Assembly: GCA_030265395.1 (NCBI GenBank)
Contig: JARFYF010000084.1
Location: 74,600,065 to 74,664,064 of the forward strand
Origin: Rhina ancylostomus
Lineage: Eukaryota
DNA: 64,000 bases
Direction: 5' to 3'
Shown: in pieces, positions 40,183 through 53,684 of the stretch
Layout: each line of letters begins with the position of its first letter
How positions within the stretch are numbered: position 1 is the stretch's first letter
The notes under the pieces: model-generated
Seen by the model: only the letters and a program-made list of their open reading frames with translations
The model's database searches: none
Told to the model about the DNA's origin: nothing
Made by a program: the position numbers and the translations under genes

Positions 40183-40450
40183 GGTTGGTAATTGGTTTAT
40201 ATTTGTCACATGTACCGAGATACAGTGAAAAGCTTTTGTTTGCATGCCATCCAGACAGATCATTACACACTCGAGTACACTGAGGTAGTACAAAAGGAGA
40301 AACAATAACTGAATGCAGAATGTAGTCTTATGTTACAGTTACGGAGAATATGCAGTGCAGGTTGACAAATAAAGTGCAAGGATCACAGCGAGGTAGGTTG
40401 AGAGATCAAGAGCTCATCTTTATTGTATAAGGGATCCATTTAAAGAGTTA
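40183..40450 (-). mobile_element. Rex1/Babar-like LINE 3' UTR
   Basis: ttggtttatatttgtcacatgtaccgagatacagtgaaaagc.. homologous to 56798. Confidence 0.8.
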
Positions 40451-43422
40451 TCCAAATATTTACTTGCTAGTGTGTACTGTAGCTTGGGAAGAACCATCCT
40501 GGATATAACAGCTCAGCAGAGGAAAATATGCAACTATTAATGCCAAAAGAAAAATGGAATTCTTTTTAGCACTGTATAGCTAGAAGTTAGGATCAAATAT
40601 GCTTGTGGATACAATTCATAAGTGCTATGTAGCATACTTTTACTTTTCTACACTCACAAATTAATACTCCTGCGCTGCCTCAGGTAACGTTATCATTGAA
40701 TTGCACAGTGCAAGACAATCCAAGTACTTCTCATAGTCTTGAGTGGGGAGTCTGCCAATCTCAGCCAAGACAGTATTGGACACCACAACTGGTATATATG
40801 CCCCAGGGCTTGGAACAAGGAGCAAAAGTGACTACAAGGTCACTATCATACTCCTCCATTAGAACTACTCATAAACAAACTGGATAAGATTTGACCATAA
40901 GTTATCATCTCGAAGATGTAGTTGTTCAGCAACTTTAAATAAAGTGTCCATTTGATTAAGGTATGACAGGGTGATTGCACCTCCAAGTTCAACAAACATG
41001 AATATTGAAGACCACAGAATTCAAATGAGATGGTCTGTGCCATGTCTACGCACAAGCTCCTGTTAAAGGCCAATCGACACACAATTTACTCCTTCTCGGG
41101 AAGAAAGGAACTGATTTAAGGCCAAATCCTGGAGGCTGATAACTGACCCATCTGACTGTCAATATGCTGCTGGGTTTATCAGTGAGTCTAGTGAGAGGGT
41201 CTTTGCACTTAGTGCATCTGCTTCAGGGCTGCTGGGCAAATGACAACCTCTTTCACTTGAATGGGACCACTAATGGTAGGGAAATATTACTATATATTTT
41301 AATTTATTTCAATATTTTTCATTATTTGCTAGCATTTTAATTGATTACTTAAAAACTTCTTAATAATTTAAACTTTTGAATAATTTTTAAATATATTCAT
41401 TGGAGATATTGAAAAATAGTTCAAATGGCTTTCACTGTGGCTGCCAGGGTGTCACCGGGTGAAACTTCAAGAAGTTGGAGGCCATTCTAGCCGGTCAGCT
41501 GATGAGTACAGAGCGGAGATGGTCAGCTTGCCTTCTGCGTTTGGCAAACAGTCGATGAGAGACAGTATGGGCAAAAGCATTGAAGTGGGCCATGTCCAGG
41601 ATGGCCTGGTCCTTTGACTAACTGTAGCCTACTCTGTGTCATCTTACTTCACACAGCAGATACATGTAGCTAACCAGAATTCAGGTGCAAATCCCAACAA
41701 CATACCTCAGCAGATAAGATCATGCCTCCACACATCACTTTGTGCTCAAAGTGTTACTCAGTTTTCCCTCAAGTAGCACAAGAGCACCAGTCCAATCAGT
41801 CCATTGCTTGTTCTGTCATTCACTTAAGATATTAAGAACTTGGAGAAACAGGAGTGGAACATCTTGCCCTCCAGGCCTGCTCCACCACACAACATGATCA
41901 GGCCTGAACGCCAATTGTCCACAGTCTTCACATCAACTCAATTTCCCCTCCATCCCCAAAAAACAATTGGGTGGGGCTCACTGGAACTTTATATCTGTGT
42001 ACCTGGCTTTTCTTGATAATCCAATAAAACAAAACTATCAATCACTCGATCTCGAAGCTCTGACTGTTTCAGAATAAGCTGCTTTTGGGGGGGGGGGGGA
42101 GCCAAACTTCTACCGCCCAGCGTGTGTAAAATTGCTTTTCATACTTCACTCTGAAGTATGCTGACAACAATTTGAAGATTGCAACTCCTTCCTTTGTATT
42201 CCCATATTGACCACTGCATTTACCCTAACAAATCCTTCAATCAGTTTTAAATAATTTTATGAGATCACTACTCAAATTTTAAACTCAAGGGAATGAACCC
42301 TGGTTGTGAACATCATCAAAAGACACCTATAGGAGTCAACTTCAGTGTGAATGGACCAAATTCACTTCGTATCTATTAAATATAACCAGTTAACACCAGG
42401 GAGATGAAGGATTAGTAATGAATAGATCTGCTGAGAGCAGCTCACAAAGAGTCACCAAGCTCTGGCACCATCTTGAATGTAGATTGGATTGGACCAGATA
42501 TACAAACATAAATAAATATGGTAGAGAGGGGGTAAGTAAAATTAATGGAGGCTGTTCAACCAGCCATTTTGATTTGTTTGCGGCAAGGTGTCTTGACTCA
42601 TAATGTGGGAATTCTTTGCAGCAGAATCTTGGAGGTTTTATATGCAGTTTAGAAAACCCTCAAAAGCTTAGTTTTGCAAATGCCACCTGGGAACTAACAT
42701 TACCGACAGAAAGAAATCGGTAAAATTTATTGCCTTGCCAATCAACAGCTAACACTGGAATACTGTTTAAACACAAAGGTGTAACCTGAGAGAAATTTGC
42801 ATTGTTTTTTTTATTTTGGTTAGTAGGCTAGAACAGCAAGGAATTCTTTCAGCTCAAGTAGTTTCCAAGGCCATAAATGCATCACCATTTTCAAGGGAAA
42901 TGGACGGATATTTGAAAATCATCGCAAGTTGGGAAAAGAGAATGCAAGTACGCAGATAAATCCCATTGTAGAGTTACCACAGACACAAATGCACCTTGTG
43001 CTGTTTGTCACAAGTTTTATGACGTGATGTTGAGCCCTTTAACATGAAACACTAGAGATAGAATTCAAATGCAAAAAGAGAGAAGGCCTCTCACAAGTTT
43101 CATTTATCTGAAGGCAAAAGGAGCATATCTGAAACACACCACTTCCTCATTAACACTGTTGTTTTAATTTTCACCTTATTCCTTTTCCACTGAGCATGAA
43201 TGCAACAACTGTCCCACTTCCTGTAAACCCGAGGAGAAATCACCATTCCTTTTTCATCCCTGGATATTATTAAAAGGCAAAAAATACCGCACCCAGTATT
43301 TTGCTGTGATTAATGTTCAAGAGAGATCAAGAGAGAACTCAAAAATAAATCAAGGCCTAATAGAACAAAGAGCAAAGCTTGAATTACAAAGTCAGAATGA
43401 GAAAACTACCAAATTGTTTAAC

Positions 43423-43594
43423 TGAGACAAGAGATCCTGCAGATGCTGGAATCTGGAGCAACACACACACACAAAATGCTGGAGGCACTCAGCAGGTCAG
43501 GCAGCATCTAAGGAGAGAAATAAACAGTCGACGTTTTGGGTCAAGACTCCTCCATAAATGCTGCCTGACCTGCTGAGTTCCTCCAGCATTTTGT
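43423..43594. mobile_element. Penelope-like terminal repeat with inverted duplication
   Basis: 37-bp arms at 43471-43507 and 43558-43594 with one mismatch. Confidence 0.85.
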
Positions 43595-45639
43595 AAAAAT
43601 TGTTTAACTCTTGTTGCAGAAGTCCAAATGTTCAACACTATTACACCTGATTTCTACAATGAGTAGAGGAGTATTGTACCTGGAGCTTTCTGATAAAATG
43701 TCTATGCGAAACACACAATAAAATTACACAGCAAACACTGACGAGCCCAGTCTCTCATCATAACATCTGCCCATCATAGGTGTTAATAGAATAAGAATTC
43801 CTACGCACATTGCAGACATGAGAAATCAAACACATGCATTCTGTTTATTCACTGCCTGGCTGAATAAATATTGAGATAGTAAAACATTACAAAACTAACA
43901 CCAGCTTTCTAACCTGCCCACAAAATAATTCAGAGTGTACAGAAAATGCTCCCTCTCTGAATGCAGTCTTGAAACCACGTCCTAAACAGTGTGGATGGTA
44001 ACTAAAGAACGTCACAGCTATTGAATAATATGTGCAAATCCAACTTTCCGGCCAATCACATTCAAGACACATGGCTAAGAATACAAAGGAACCCAAGCAC
44101 AGGGCTTCAAGCAACAGGCCACAAGTTCCATCACTTAGTCCACTTAACCGACAATAGTGAGTAAAGGTCCCAGAAAGGTAATTCCAAATCAACCAATACT
44201 CATAGCAAATTGGTGACTCTCCAGATTGGACCAATGATCCATGAGCACCTCTCAAATATAAATATACAAAAAAAGCACATGTACAAAATTTATCAGGACT
44301 TGATTGTGAGCTGCAAGTCCCTGTGGTATTCTCTCATCTCTGGCAGACAGACAGATCATCCCAGGGCCCCTGACTGTAAATGGGAGGAACTCTTGTCATT
44401 CTCTACCCTGCTACTCAGAACCCCGAAAACTTGGAAAATGGTAAAGGTAATGCACTGTCCCCAAGTATTTAAGAACATAGCAAGTAGAAAAAGAGTAATC
44501 CATTTGAGAGGGAATTGCAAAGATACACCATATCTGGGTGATGACATCTTCTCATTTCAGTCTTGAATGGCCGACCTCTTATTATGAGACTATGAACCAA
44601 AGGAAACCATTATCCCTACGTCTCTGTTCTGTAATCTTCAATGAGATTTTCTCTTATTCTTTCTTTGTGATACAAAACTCCCCCAAGATAGGAAATCATG
44701 CAGTGAATCTTTGTTACATCCTTCTTTGACAAGCATATTCATCCTTNNNNNNNNNNNNNNNNNNNNNNNNNNNNNNNNNNNNNNNNNNNNNNNNNNNNNN
44801 NNNNNNNNNNNNNNNNNNNNNNNNNNNNNNNNNNNNNNNNNNNNNNAGGTTGGGGGGGTGGGGTGGGGGGAGAGAGAGCAGACTTCAACATGTTATTCTG
44901 GGTGTGGGTGGGGGTCGTCACACCAGGACTCAATATTATTGAGGTAAAAAAGGCTCGACTTGTATTCACATTCTCTTGCAATAAATGCCAATGTACCACA
45001 TGCCTTTCTAATTGCTGACAATACATGTGCGTTATCTTTCAGATATGTTCAAGGATACCCATGTCCCTCAGAATACCATACCTTTCAATCAATTTGTCAA
45101 TGTTCAAGCACGTTTCTACAATAGCTTAAGAATTTTAATAAAGGTGGGTTCAAAATGAAATGATATCCAATCACCTGAATCAAGCTTGTAATTGAGCTGG
45201 AGAAAAAAAATCATTACCAATTGGCAACCTTGGGTCCTGACCAGTTTATTTGGAAGAGGGTGGATTAAAAAAACTGGGTGAGAAATTCCCCTTTGTGAGT
45301 GAAGAGAAATTTCCATTCCAATGTGTTCAAGATTCAGCAGGAATAAAACAGAAATCAAAAACTTATGGGAGGGTCCAGGGTCTTAGAGAAAAAATATTTT
45401 CCATGTTTATGAAATATGCTGGGTTCCACTAGCAAGCTGACACTCACTTTAGGACAGATATCGTATTTGGTGTTTATTCAAATGTTTGAGTTAGCATTGA
45501 ACTTAGACATGGTACTCCAAGCCAATGACCTTGCAAAATTCTCCCTGCTGTGGACTGCTGTCTTCATGCGGAGAACTAGTCAAACAGAAGAGTCAAGGAT
45601 AAAGAGCAAAAGCTAATACTCAGAGTCATACATCAGAGA

Positions 45640-47070
45640 CATGCTTCAGTTTTCTGCTACCATCCTAGGGTGGAACCTGTTCACCTACAGGATATGCCCA
45701 CCAGAGGTGATGGCACACCTCATAAGAGTATCCAATCCTGGAATTCATCGACATTGACTCCAGGACATCAAGTCTTGAGATATTAGACCAACCCTAGACA
45801 AATAAACCTCCACCTGCTTACCACCTCAGCTGATGAGTCAATTCTTCTCCATACTGAGCATCACTTGAAAGTAGCACTGTATAACAAGGGCATAGAATGT
45901 AGTCTGGGTGAGGGTCTTTAATATCCAGCATTAAGAGGAGCCATAGTCAGGTTGGCCAAGTTCTCAAGGAGATAGCTGCCAGACTGGGTCTCTAACTGCA
46001 GATGCTGGAATCTGGAACAACACACAAGATGCTGGAGCAACTCAGTGGGTCAGGCAGTCCATTTCCTCCATAGATGCTGCCTGACCAGTGGAGTTCTTCC
46101 AGCATCTTGTCTGCTGCTCTGGGTCTGTAGCAGGTAGTGAGCAAACAAATGTGAAGAATAAACCTATCTAACCTCACCGCCTATTCTGATATACTGGTCC
46201 ATGATGACATTTGTTAGGACAGAATTCTCTTGGTCCCCTCTTTACTGAGGGCCCATTCAAATTTCTGGCGTTAACATTACCACTACAAAAAATTGTACTC
46301 CATCACAATTTGTAACCCCAGGGTACAGTGCGTCCTTTGCTCTCTGATCTCTACCAAGCAAGGGACCAGCTTTGAACAAGGTTCCACTCCATTTGCAGCT
46401 CCTAATGCAGCAAGAACTAGGTACCAATCATGGGCCGGTAAGTGACAAGTAACATTCCTGCCACAAACACAGCAGGCAATAACCATCTCTAAGCATATAC
46501 CTTTGACATTCAAAGACATTGCCATTGTCAAGTCTCCCATCAACAACACCTTACGGTCACCACCGACCAGAAACAACAGGAACAGCCACATAAGTAGTGT
46601 GGCTACAAGAGCAGTCAGGAGGTTGGGTATCCTGCAGTAAGTGGCTCACCGCCTGACACCCCAAAACCTTTCCACCATCTAAAAATGCCAGGAGTGTGAT
46701 GGAATACTCCCCACTTACCTTAATGAGTGCAGCTCCAGAAACTCCCAAGAAACTTTACACTACCCATGACAAAGCAGCCAGCTTGACTGGCACCCCATCC
46801 ATCAGCCTAAATATTCAATCTCTCCTACACCGGTAACTGCACTTCATACCATCTACAAAATGCACCACAGTCACTTACCCAGACTACTCTGATAATACTG
46901 ACCACCATTCCTTCATCATCACTGGGTCTGAATGCTGCAATGTCCAACCTCAACAACACTATAGGAAGACTATCAGGGGACAACAAGAGCTTAGGAAAGC
47001 AGCTCACCATCACTTCCTAAGGGCAACTGAGGATGGCCAATAAATACAGATCTTGGTGGAATCAATGCAG
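45640..47070 (+). mobile_element. Jockey-group LINE family B, decayed endonuclease and RT C-terminal remnants, with a Penelope-type inverted repeat at about 45995-46120
   Basis: PPSADESILLHTEHHL and QVLKEIAARLG (endonuclease region); SWAGK*QVTF, SHISSVATRA, RSVMEYSPL (RT region). Confidence 0.7.
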
Positions 47071-48651
47071 ATCCCTAAAAGTTAGATTGGGCTATTTTAA
47101 AGATCTGAATTAACATACACTGATATTATCAAGCTAGCACCAACCAGAATTTCTACTTTAATATTCTAGGAAAGGGGCCAATTCGCCTTGCCTGGGGTCA
47201 GCAAAGGGAGGGGGACGGTCTGGAGAGGCAGAGAGGGAAATTGGTATCACTGGCACAGACATAATTTATTGTCCATCCCAAATTGGCCTTGAACTGGGGN
47301 NNNNNNNNNNNNNNNNNNNNNNNNNNNNNNNNNNNNNNNNNNNNNNNNNNNNNNNNNNNNNNNNNNNNNNNNNNNNNNNNNNNNNNNNNNNNNNNNNNNN
47401 NNNNNNNNNNNNNNNNNNNNNNNNNNNNNNNNNNNNNNNNNNNNNNNNNNNNNNNNNNNNNNNNNNNNNNNNNNNNNNNNGGATGCAATGATATCAAAGT
47501 GACACCAAGCAACATTTCTGATTCTAATATTAACTGAATTGTTTGGTTATTTGTGGACAGACTGATATAGCTTCTAAAACAATCATTGTGCACCAATCCT
47601 TTCATTTTGTCTCATATTGTTTAATATCATTGTGCTCCACTGAAAACTAAATGCTTCATTAAATATTACCACCAGGTGCAAGATATGGGGCTCAAGAAGG
47701 TGCAGTACCAAGGAGCCACGGTCAAATAGTAAATGCCAAATCTAAATTATGAGGCAAGTCTAAAAGTACTTTTTTTTTGGTTAAATTTCATATGTTACAC
47801 AAAATCCATCTATTCCTGGAACAGAGAACTTCCAGCTAATTCAAACAAAAACAAAAACTAGCTGGAAAGGAGGTGGCCAGATGGAAAAGCAAGAATACAT
47901 TCAACAATAAAAAAGGAAATTAGTGCCTTCTACATTCAAACGCAAAACCACGCAAGCGCACATCTGTTTGACTAAAATCTAATTTCATATCCCAGCAACA
48001 GTAACTTGTTAACAAATTGCTAGGCTATCACAACATGACAGACATGTTTGTAGTTTGCCATTTCACTGCTACATAAAATACAATTATCAAGCCAAATTCA
48101 TTAAACAGAACAAGTATTTGCATTCTATGGTTATTCGTTTTGATACCCACCATGGCACAAAGTCACATTTTTGACCTTAAAATAAAAAATGTTACAAATG
48201 TCCATTTAATCTGCCTGTCATGGCACTTGCCTGATTGCATCAAATGCATGCAATTCATAGGGGGATGCAAATTAACTCAGTCTTTTTACAGACTCTACTC
48301 TCTCTGCTGCCTAATGCAAGATTGTTTGAGCTCTTGCCTCTGAGGGTCAGAATGACAGCTTCCCAAAGAATCACTGAGTCATAGTTAAGAGCCAAAATCA
48401 ACGTTCCCTTTAAAATGCACTTCTATCTACCTGCTGCTATGAAGATAGATTTAGAATTTATCTACCAATGAGGTGTGGTGAAACCTACAAGCCAAATCAC
48501 TTTGAACCAGTAAAATGAAACAAGCACAACAGAAGAAGATTTCTCTCACTGACTCTACAGAACGGACAAGCCATTTTCAAGAGAAAGGGATCCACTACAA
48601 CATTTAGCAAATAAATTAGGGTTTTTTTTGGTAACATTTTTCATAACTAAC

Positions 48652-48802
48652 CTCTTTCGAACTGGCCCATCTTCATTCTCCGATGAGCTTGTATCATTTC
48701 CGTCTCCTTTCTGAGATGCATTTGACCCGTCCTCTTTCCCAGTTCCAACTCCTGCCTCGGGTGACAGTATAGGTCCATTTGAGGAACCATTGCTGAGAGA
48801 AC
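48652..48802 (-). CDS. JARID2: JARID2 internal coding exon, 151 bp, equivalent to human exon 3 (low-complexity linker)
   Basis: Translates (G)SLSNGSSNGPILSPEAGVGTGKEDGSNASQKGDGNDTSSSENEDGPVRK(R); the end resembles mammalian SSSDFEEGPSRKR. Acceptor ttttcaccacacag|GT, donor AG|gttagt; the phase 2 end (AG+G = Arg) splices in frame to the exon at 2622. Confidence 0.9.
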
Positions 48803-49594
48803 CTGTGTGGTGAAAATACTGTGGCATCAGTAAACAACACTATAAACTAAACAATATTTAAATAAAACATGCATAATCGCACCAATTTGTACTTTGGCAA
48901 TTTTCACAAACAGGACACTTACAAAAACAAGTTGATGAATACCTCTCAAGGTTAGTTCACCCACGGGCTACATACTTGATATACAGGGTGATCAAAGAGA
49001 GGGGTGGACAATCCAACATTCTTGGCCTGTGTAGGGTATTTCCTTTTGGTGTGGACCTCGTCTACTTGTTCTGAACAAGAGCATAGCAACCAAACATAGC
49101 AAGCAGACGCCCCACAGTTGCACCATTCACCTCAGGGGAGACTTTTCTGGACCTGCCAACCAAAACAGGGCTGTGACTAAAAGTGGCCCAGGAAAAATAA
49201 GCTCAGAAAGAAAAAAAAGTTGTGCTGACTAAAAAATAAAACTTGGTGAAAGATGAGCTCTGCTTGGGACTGTTCCTCACTGCCTTCATCTGTGTTGTCC
49301 TTTCAGTTAATATATCGCGTGTTAAAAAGATGAACTGAATTCATTACAATCTTACATATCCTCAATAGTCCAAGCATTGCAAGGGACTCATTTTCCATCG
49401 CACAGAAGGACATTTCAGTAAGTCTCTGAAGTGTTCCCCTTGACCAATCCAAATATTTCATATTATTGAACAACTACCACAAAAAGTCAGCTGAAAAATT
49501 GATTGCTTTGAAGACATTCAACAATATTAAGTGGTTTGTTCTCACAGATGCATCTTCAAAAAAAAATGAATCACAAGACAGGGAAGATGGGGCT

Positions 49595-49757
49595 ATCCTT
49601 TAAATGCACAGGATGTACATAGGAAAGGTTTAGAGGGATACAGGCCAAACACAGGCAAATGAGACTAGCCTAGATGGGCACCTTGGTCGGCATGGACTGG
49701 TTGGCCTGAAGGGCCTGTTTCAGTACTGTACATCTCTGACTCCTATGACTCTATGAC
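49595..49757 (+). mobile_element. CR1-clade LINE 3' tail
   Basis: aggaaaggtttagagggata..gaagggcctgtttcagtactgta..ctatgactctatgac. Confidence 0.8.
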
Positions 49758-49759
49758 AT

Positions 49760-50035
49760 GCACTTTTGTCTGTATTATCACCTCTGACTGCCCCAATGAT
49801 CCATTTGACCATTATACCCAATGCAAGCCTGGCCTCATCCTAACCAGAGCTATTCCCCTTGTCCAATCCATCCCTCCCCTGCTGTTCTGCATTAACGTGT
49901 TTTCCCCAGTTCTGACAAAGCATCTACAGCTTTAAATATTAATTCTGTTTCTCTTTCCGCAGATGTTGCCTAACCTGCTAAGCATTTCCAGCACCTTCTA
50001 TTTTGGATTTCCAGCATCTGCAATATTTGCGACTT
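49760..50035 (+). mobile_element. Penelope-like terminal repeat remnant
   Basis: ttccccagttctgacaaag..tctctttccgcagatgttgcctaacctgctaagcatttccagca..tttccagcatctgca. Confidence 0.65.
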
Positions 50036-50464
50036 TCATGCAGTAAAGAGCTGCTCTGCAAGGTGAGACACTGATCCACCAATCAAAAGATCAGATTCCT
50101 CACTGATTGGCAGACTAAGGTCAACTTGCTTCTCGATGGCTTTCTTAATCACAGACTTAATTTTCCATTCTGCTTTACTTTAGTGCTGATAATAAACCAT
50201 GGATTAACATTCTCATTTTGACTCTTTGACGTTAATTGTAATAGTGTACTATCTTTCAAGATGGATTGGTGCCAACATCAAAATTACAGGAGTTAGAAAA
50301 TCTAAGCTACAGGCTTTATCCTTCATATATAAGATCAGTGAAAATGCTTCAGTGAACTTGAATGTGAAGAAATCTACCAATTTCTTCCCAGAAAGGGAAT
50401 CTAAGTTATAAAGAAAGCAAAAGCAGATTGTGTCATTATGTAGCTGCAGAGTAGCAGGCTTGGC

Positions 50465-50932
50465 TTAATACATCATGGACACATCCCTCCCCACTGTCAG
50501 TACTATTTACAGGAAGTGCTGCCTCAAGAAGACAACATCCATCAAAGATCCCTACCATCCAGGCCATGCCATCTTTTCTCAGCTATAATCAGGAAGGAGG
50601 TACAGATGCTTGAAGTCCCACACCACCAGGTTCAACAGCAGCTACTTCCCTTCAACCATTTGGTTCTTGAACCAACTAGCAAAAACCTAATCACTGCTAC
50701 CATTTAGCAACACTGACCGCCCTGATCACTTGCACTAAAATGGACTTTGTTTTTCTTTGTTCTAATTGTGTTTTCTTGTAAAAATTGTGTATAGTTTATG
50801 TTTAATTTATGTTTTTCTTGTGAGTGCTGCTTGTATGATGCTATGTGCCTGTCATGCTGCTGCAAGCAAGTCTTTCATTGCACCCGTGCATACACATACT
50901 TGTACATGTGACAATAAACTTGACTTTGACTT
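50465..50932 (+). mobile_element. Rex1/Babar-like LINE 3' end
   Basis: IKDPYHPGHAIFS..SGRRYRCL remnant; gtgacaataaacttgactttgactt tail. Confidence 0.8.
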
Positions 50933-51439
50933 CAATCTCCACAGCTTTCATAGCCCAGGCAAACTCCCAAGGAGATCCACGTGAAACTAAACAACTGCTG
51001 TGCTTTACCAAATGGCAGGCAAACAGCAAGAAGCCAAATCAACCACCGAAGAATTAAGTTGGACAAAGCTGTGAAACTGATCAAAATCATCCTATCATTG
51101 TATTTAATCTTTTACAAGGAAATCACAGGATTATAGACTTCTTTGTGTTTTTGTGCCAGCCAAAGCAATAATAACAGCATCTCAAACAATGCAGCTTTCT
51201 TTTCAGTTTATCATTGAAATATCAGAGCAGATGTAATGTTCGAGTCCCATTACAGGATTTGAATCCACAAGCATTGTTATGGCAACTGAGCTACAAGGGC
51301 ACATAGCAATATCCCTGAATGGTCAAACTAGAAGACAAAACAAGTAGATTATTGACTTTCCTACCGCTGCCCCAGTGTAAAGCAAACATCTAATGATAAC
51401 ATTAGCAATATTATCTAACGAAAGGATGGAGAGTCACAG

Positions 51440-51760
51440 AGCCAGATAATCGTACAGCACAAAATAGGCCCTTCAGCCCACCAAGTCCACATCAATCATT
51501 AACCACCCATTTACAATAACCCACTTCATTCTCCCCACATTCCTCTCAGACTCTACCACTCACCTACACGCAAGGGGCAATTTGCAGCGGAATAATTAAC
51601 CTAACAGCCTGCATTACTTTGGGATGTGGGAGGAAACCCGAGCTCCTGGGAAGAAACCCATGCAGCCACAGGGAGAACACGCAAACTCCACACTGACAGG
51701 TACTAACAACCTGGGTTACTTGTGCTGTAAGGCAGCAGCTCTACCAGCTATGCCACTGCT
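51440..51760 (-). mobile_element. HE1-type V-SINE
   Basis: tttgggatgtgggaggaaacccgagctcctgg..gggagaacacgcaaactccaca is the reversed V-domain. Confidence 0.85.
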
Positions 51761-52317
51761 GCCCAAGTTTAAGTATATATTAAAAAAACTCAATACATTT
51801 TGCAGTTCATCAAATATAGTGTACAGTGGCAGACATAAAACCTCCACATAAAATTCATTCTATATTTCTCTTGTCACCTCCCATGAAATTATGATTAAAG
51901 ACAAAGACAAAAGGGGAAAAGAACCAACATCTTTCCTAACTCATTTTTCCCCAAGTTTGCTATCAACTAGCAGTCATGCAGTTAGCCTCAAGTGTATTTA
52001 CCACACTACCAAACAACCCCAGTAGTCTGGCCATGGGACAATAAACTATGTGGCGCTGTCTCCAGGCCACACACACACACAGACATATACACACGCACAC
52101 ACTGTTGACTGTGCCTGCAAAAGACAGTACCTAACAACAAAACCTGGATGTGTGGGTCTTTTAAAAACCTGCCCTAACAATCCAAAAAGGCAAAGGATAG
52201 AAAGTGATTACTTCTGGGTTATTAGACCTCTGTGCCACCAGTCCTAGGCTGTAACATGGGGGCCTGCTCTCAACTCGGTCTGCATCAATCTGTTCACATC
52301 AAATTGTTCGCATCAAT

Positions 52318-52496
52318 CAACCTGTCTATATCAATGGTGCCGAGGTTGAGAGGGTTGAGACCTTCAAGTTCCTGGGAGTGAACATCACCAACAACCTATC
52401 CTGGACAAATCACGTAGAAGCCATGGCCAAGAAAGCTCACCAGTGCCTCTACTTCCTCAGGAGGCTAAAGAAATTTGGTTTGTCCCCTTTGACTCT
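52318..52496 (+). mobile_element. Rex1/Babar-like LINE ORF fragment
   Basis: PVYINGAEVERVETFKFLGVNITNNLSWTNHVEAMAKKAHQCLYFLRRLKKFG. Confidence 0.85.
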
Positions 52497-52596
52497 NNNN
52501 NNNNNNNNNNNNNNNNNNNNNNNNNNNNNNNNNNNNNNNNNNNNNNNNNNNNNNNNNNNNNNNNNNNNNNNNNNNNNNNNNNNNNNNNNNNNNNNN

Positions 52597-53440
52597 CCAA
52601 GGACAGTATGGTCAATAACTCAGGAGATGAGAGAGCATTGGTACAGGATAACATGGGGGAAATTAACAAGCAAATGTAACATGGTGGGGCAGAAAATGTA
52701 AAAAATGGTTGCAGGGTGACCAGGAATGGGTGCTTGATATTCCAGGTTATATGATATTCCAAAAGGACAAGCCTAAAGAGAAAGGAGCAAAGTAGCATTG
52801 TTAATCAAACAAGGTATTAGAGCAGTGTTGTGTCATGATATGGAAACAGTGGATAGTAATGTAAAATTGGTTTGGGTTGAAATCATGAATAGCAGAGGAA
52901 AGAAGACATGGGTGGTAATAGTCTATAGGCCTCCAAAATGTGACCTCTCGATAGGGGTAGAGCATAAATGGGGGAATATCTCCAGCATGTTTGAAGGAAA
53001 CTGCAGTTGTCATGGGAGAGTTTAATCTACATATCCATTGAACAAATCAAACTGGCAAGTCTATCAAAGAAGAATTTGCAATGTGTGTCAGGAACTGGTT
53101 CTTAGAACAGCAAGTTACAGAACCTACTTGCTAACTGGCTATTTTAGATTTGGTCATGAGTAATGGAGGAGGATTAATAAGAGATCTTGTAATTAAAGAT
53201 CCGCTTGGAGGTAGTAACCATAATATGCTAGTATTTCAGATGCAGTTATAGGGTACCACAGGGCAAAAATCACCACCTTCAACTTAAAGAAGGGCAATTA
53301 TATAGATATGAATGAGTTGTCCAAGCTGGACTGGGAAAATAAGCTAAGAAACTGAACAGTATCTAAAGTTGTATACAGTGAAGAGGAGTATCAAGAATTA
53401 GTGGGATCTTAATCAGCTGGATAGGTGTGCATAGACTGGG
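52597..53440 (+). mobile_element. CR1-clade LINE ORF2 APE-endonuclease remnant, internally deleted
   Basis: IPGY, VYRPP, VVMGEFN, AILDLV and PLGGSNHN motifs, then a jump to the RT-side gatcttaatcagctgg segment. Confidence 0.85.
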
Positions 53441-53684
53441 AACAGAGCCGGCAGAAGGGCAGACCCGGCGGTGTTGCTGCAAAGTTCTCAGCTTTGCGCT
53501 TTGAAGAAAAAGGTGCAACTGGAAGAAGTTAAACGTTGGTTTAAAAAAAAATCAGATTTTAATCAACCTGCGCTCGGCGGCAGTTTGTGGCGCCCTTTTG
53601 GAAGATTTGAATGCAACCGCTGGATCTATTGGTGGTGTGCACAAAGCACGTTGGGGCTTTAGGTGTTGCAACTCTCCAGCGGTG

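Noticed and set aside
53598-53684. N-terminal extension of the EFCC1-like ORF, and the overlapping 152-aa antisense ORF (53559-54017)
   Set aside because: The extension needs a TTG start and shows no similarity. The antisense ORF is the stop-poor shadow of GC-rich coding DNA and begins in a repeat.
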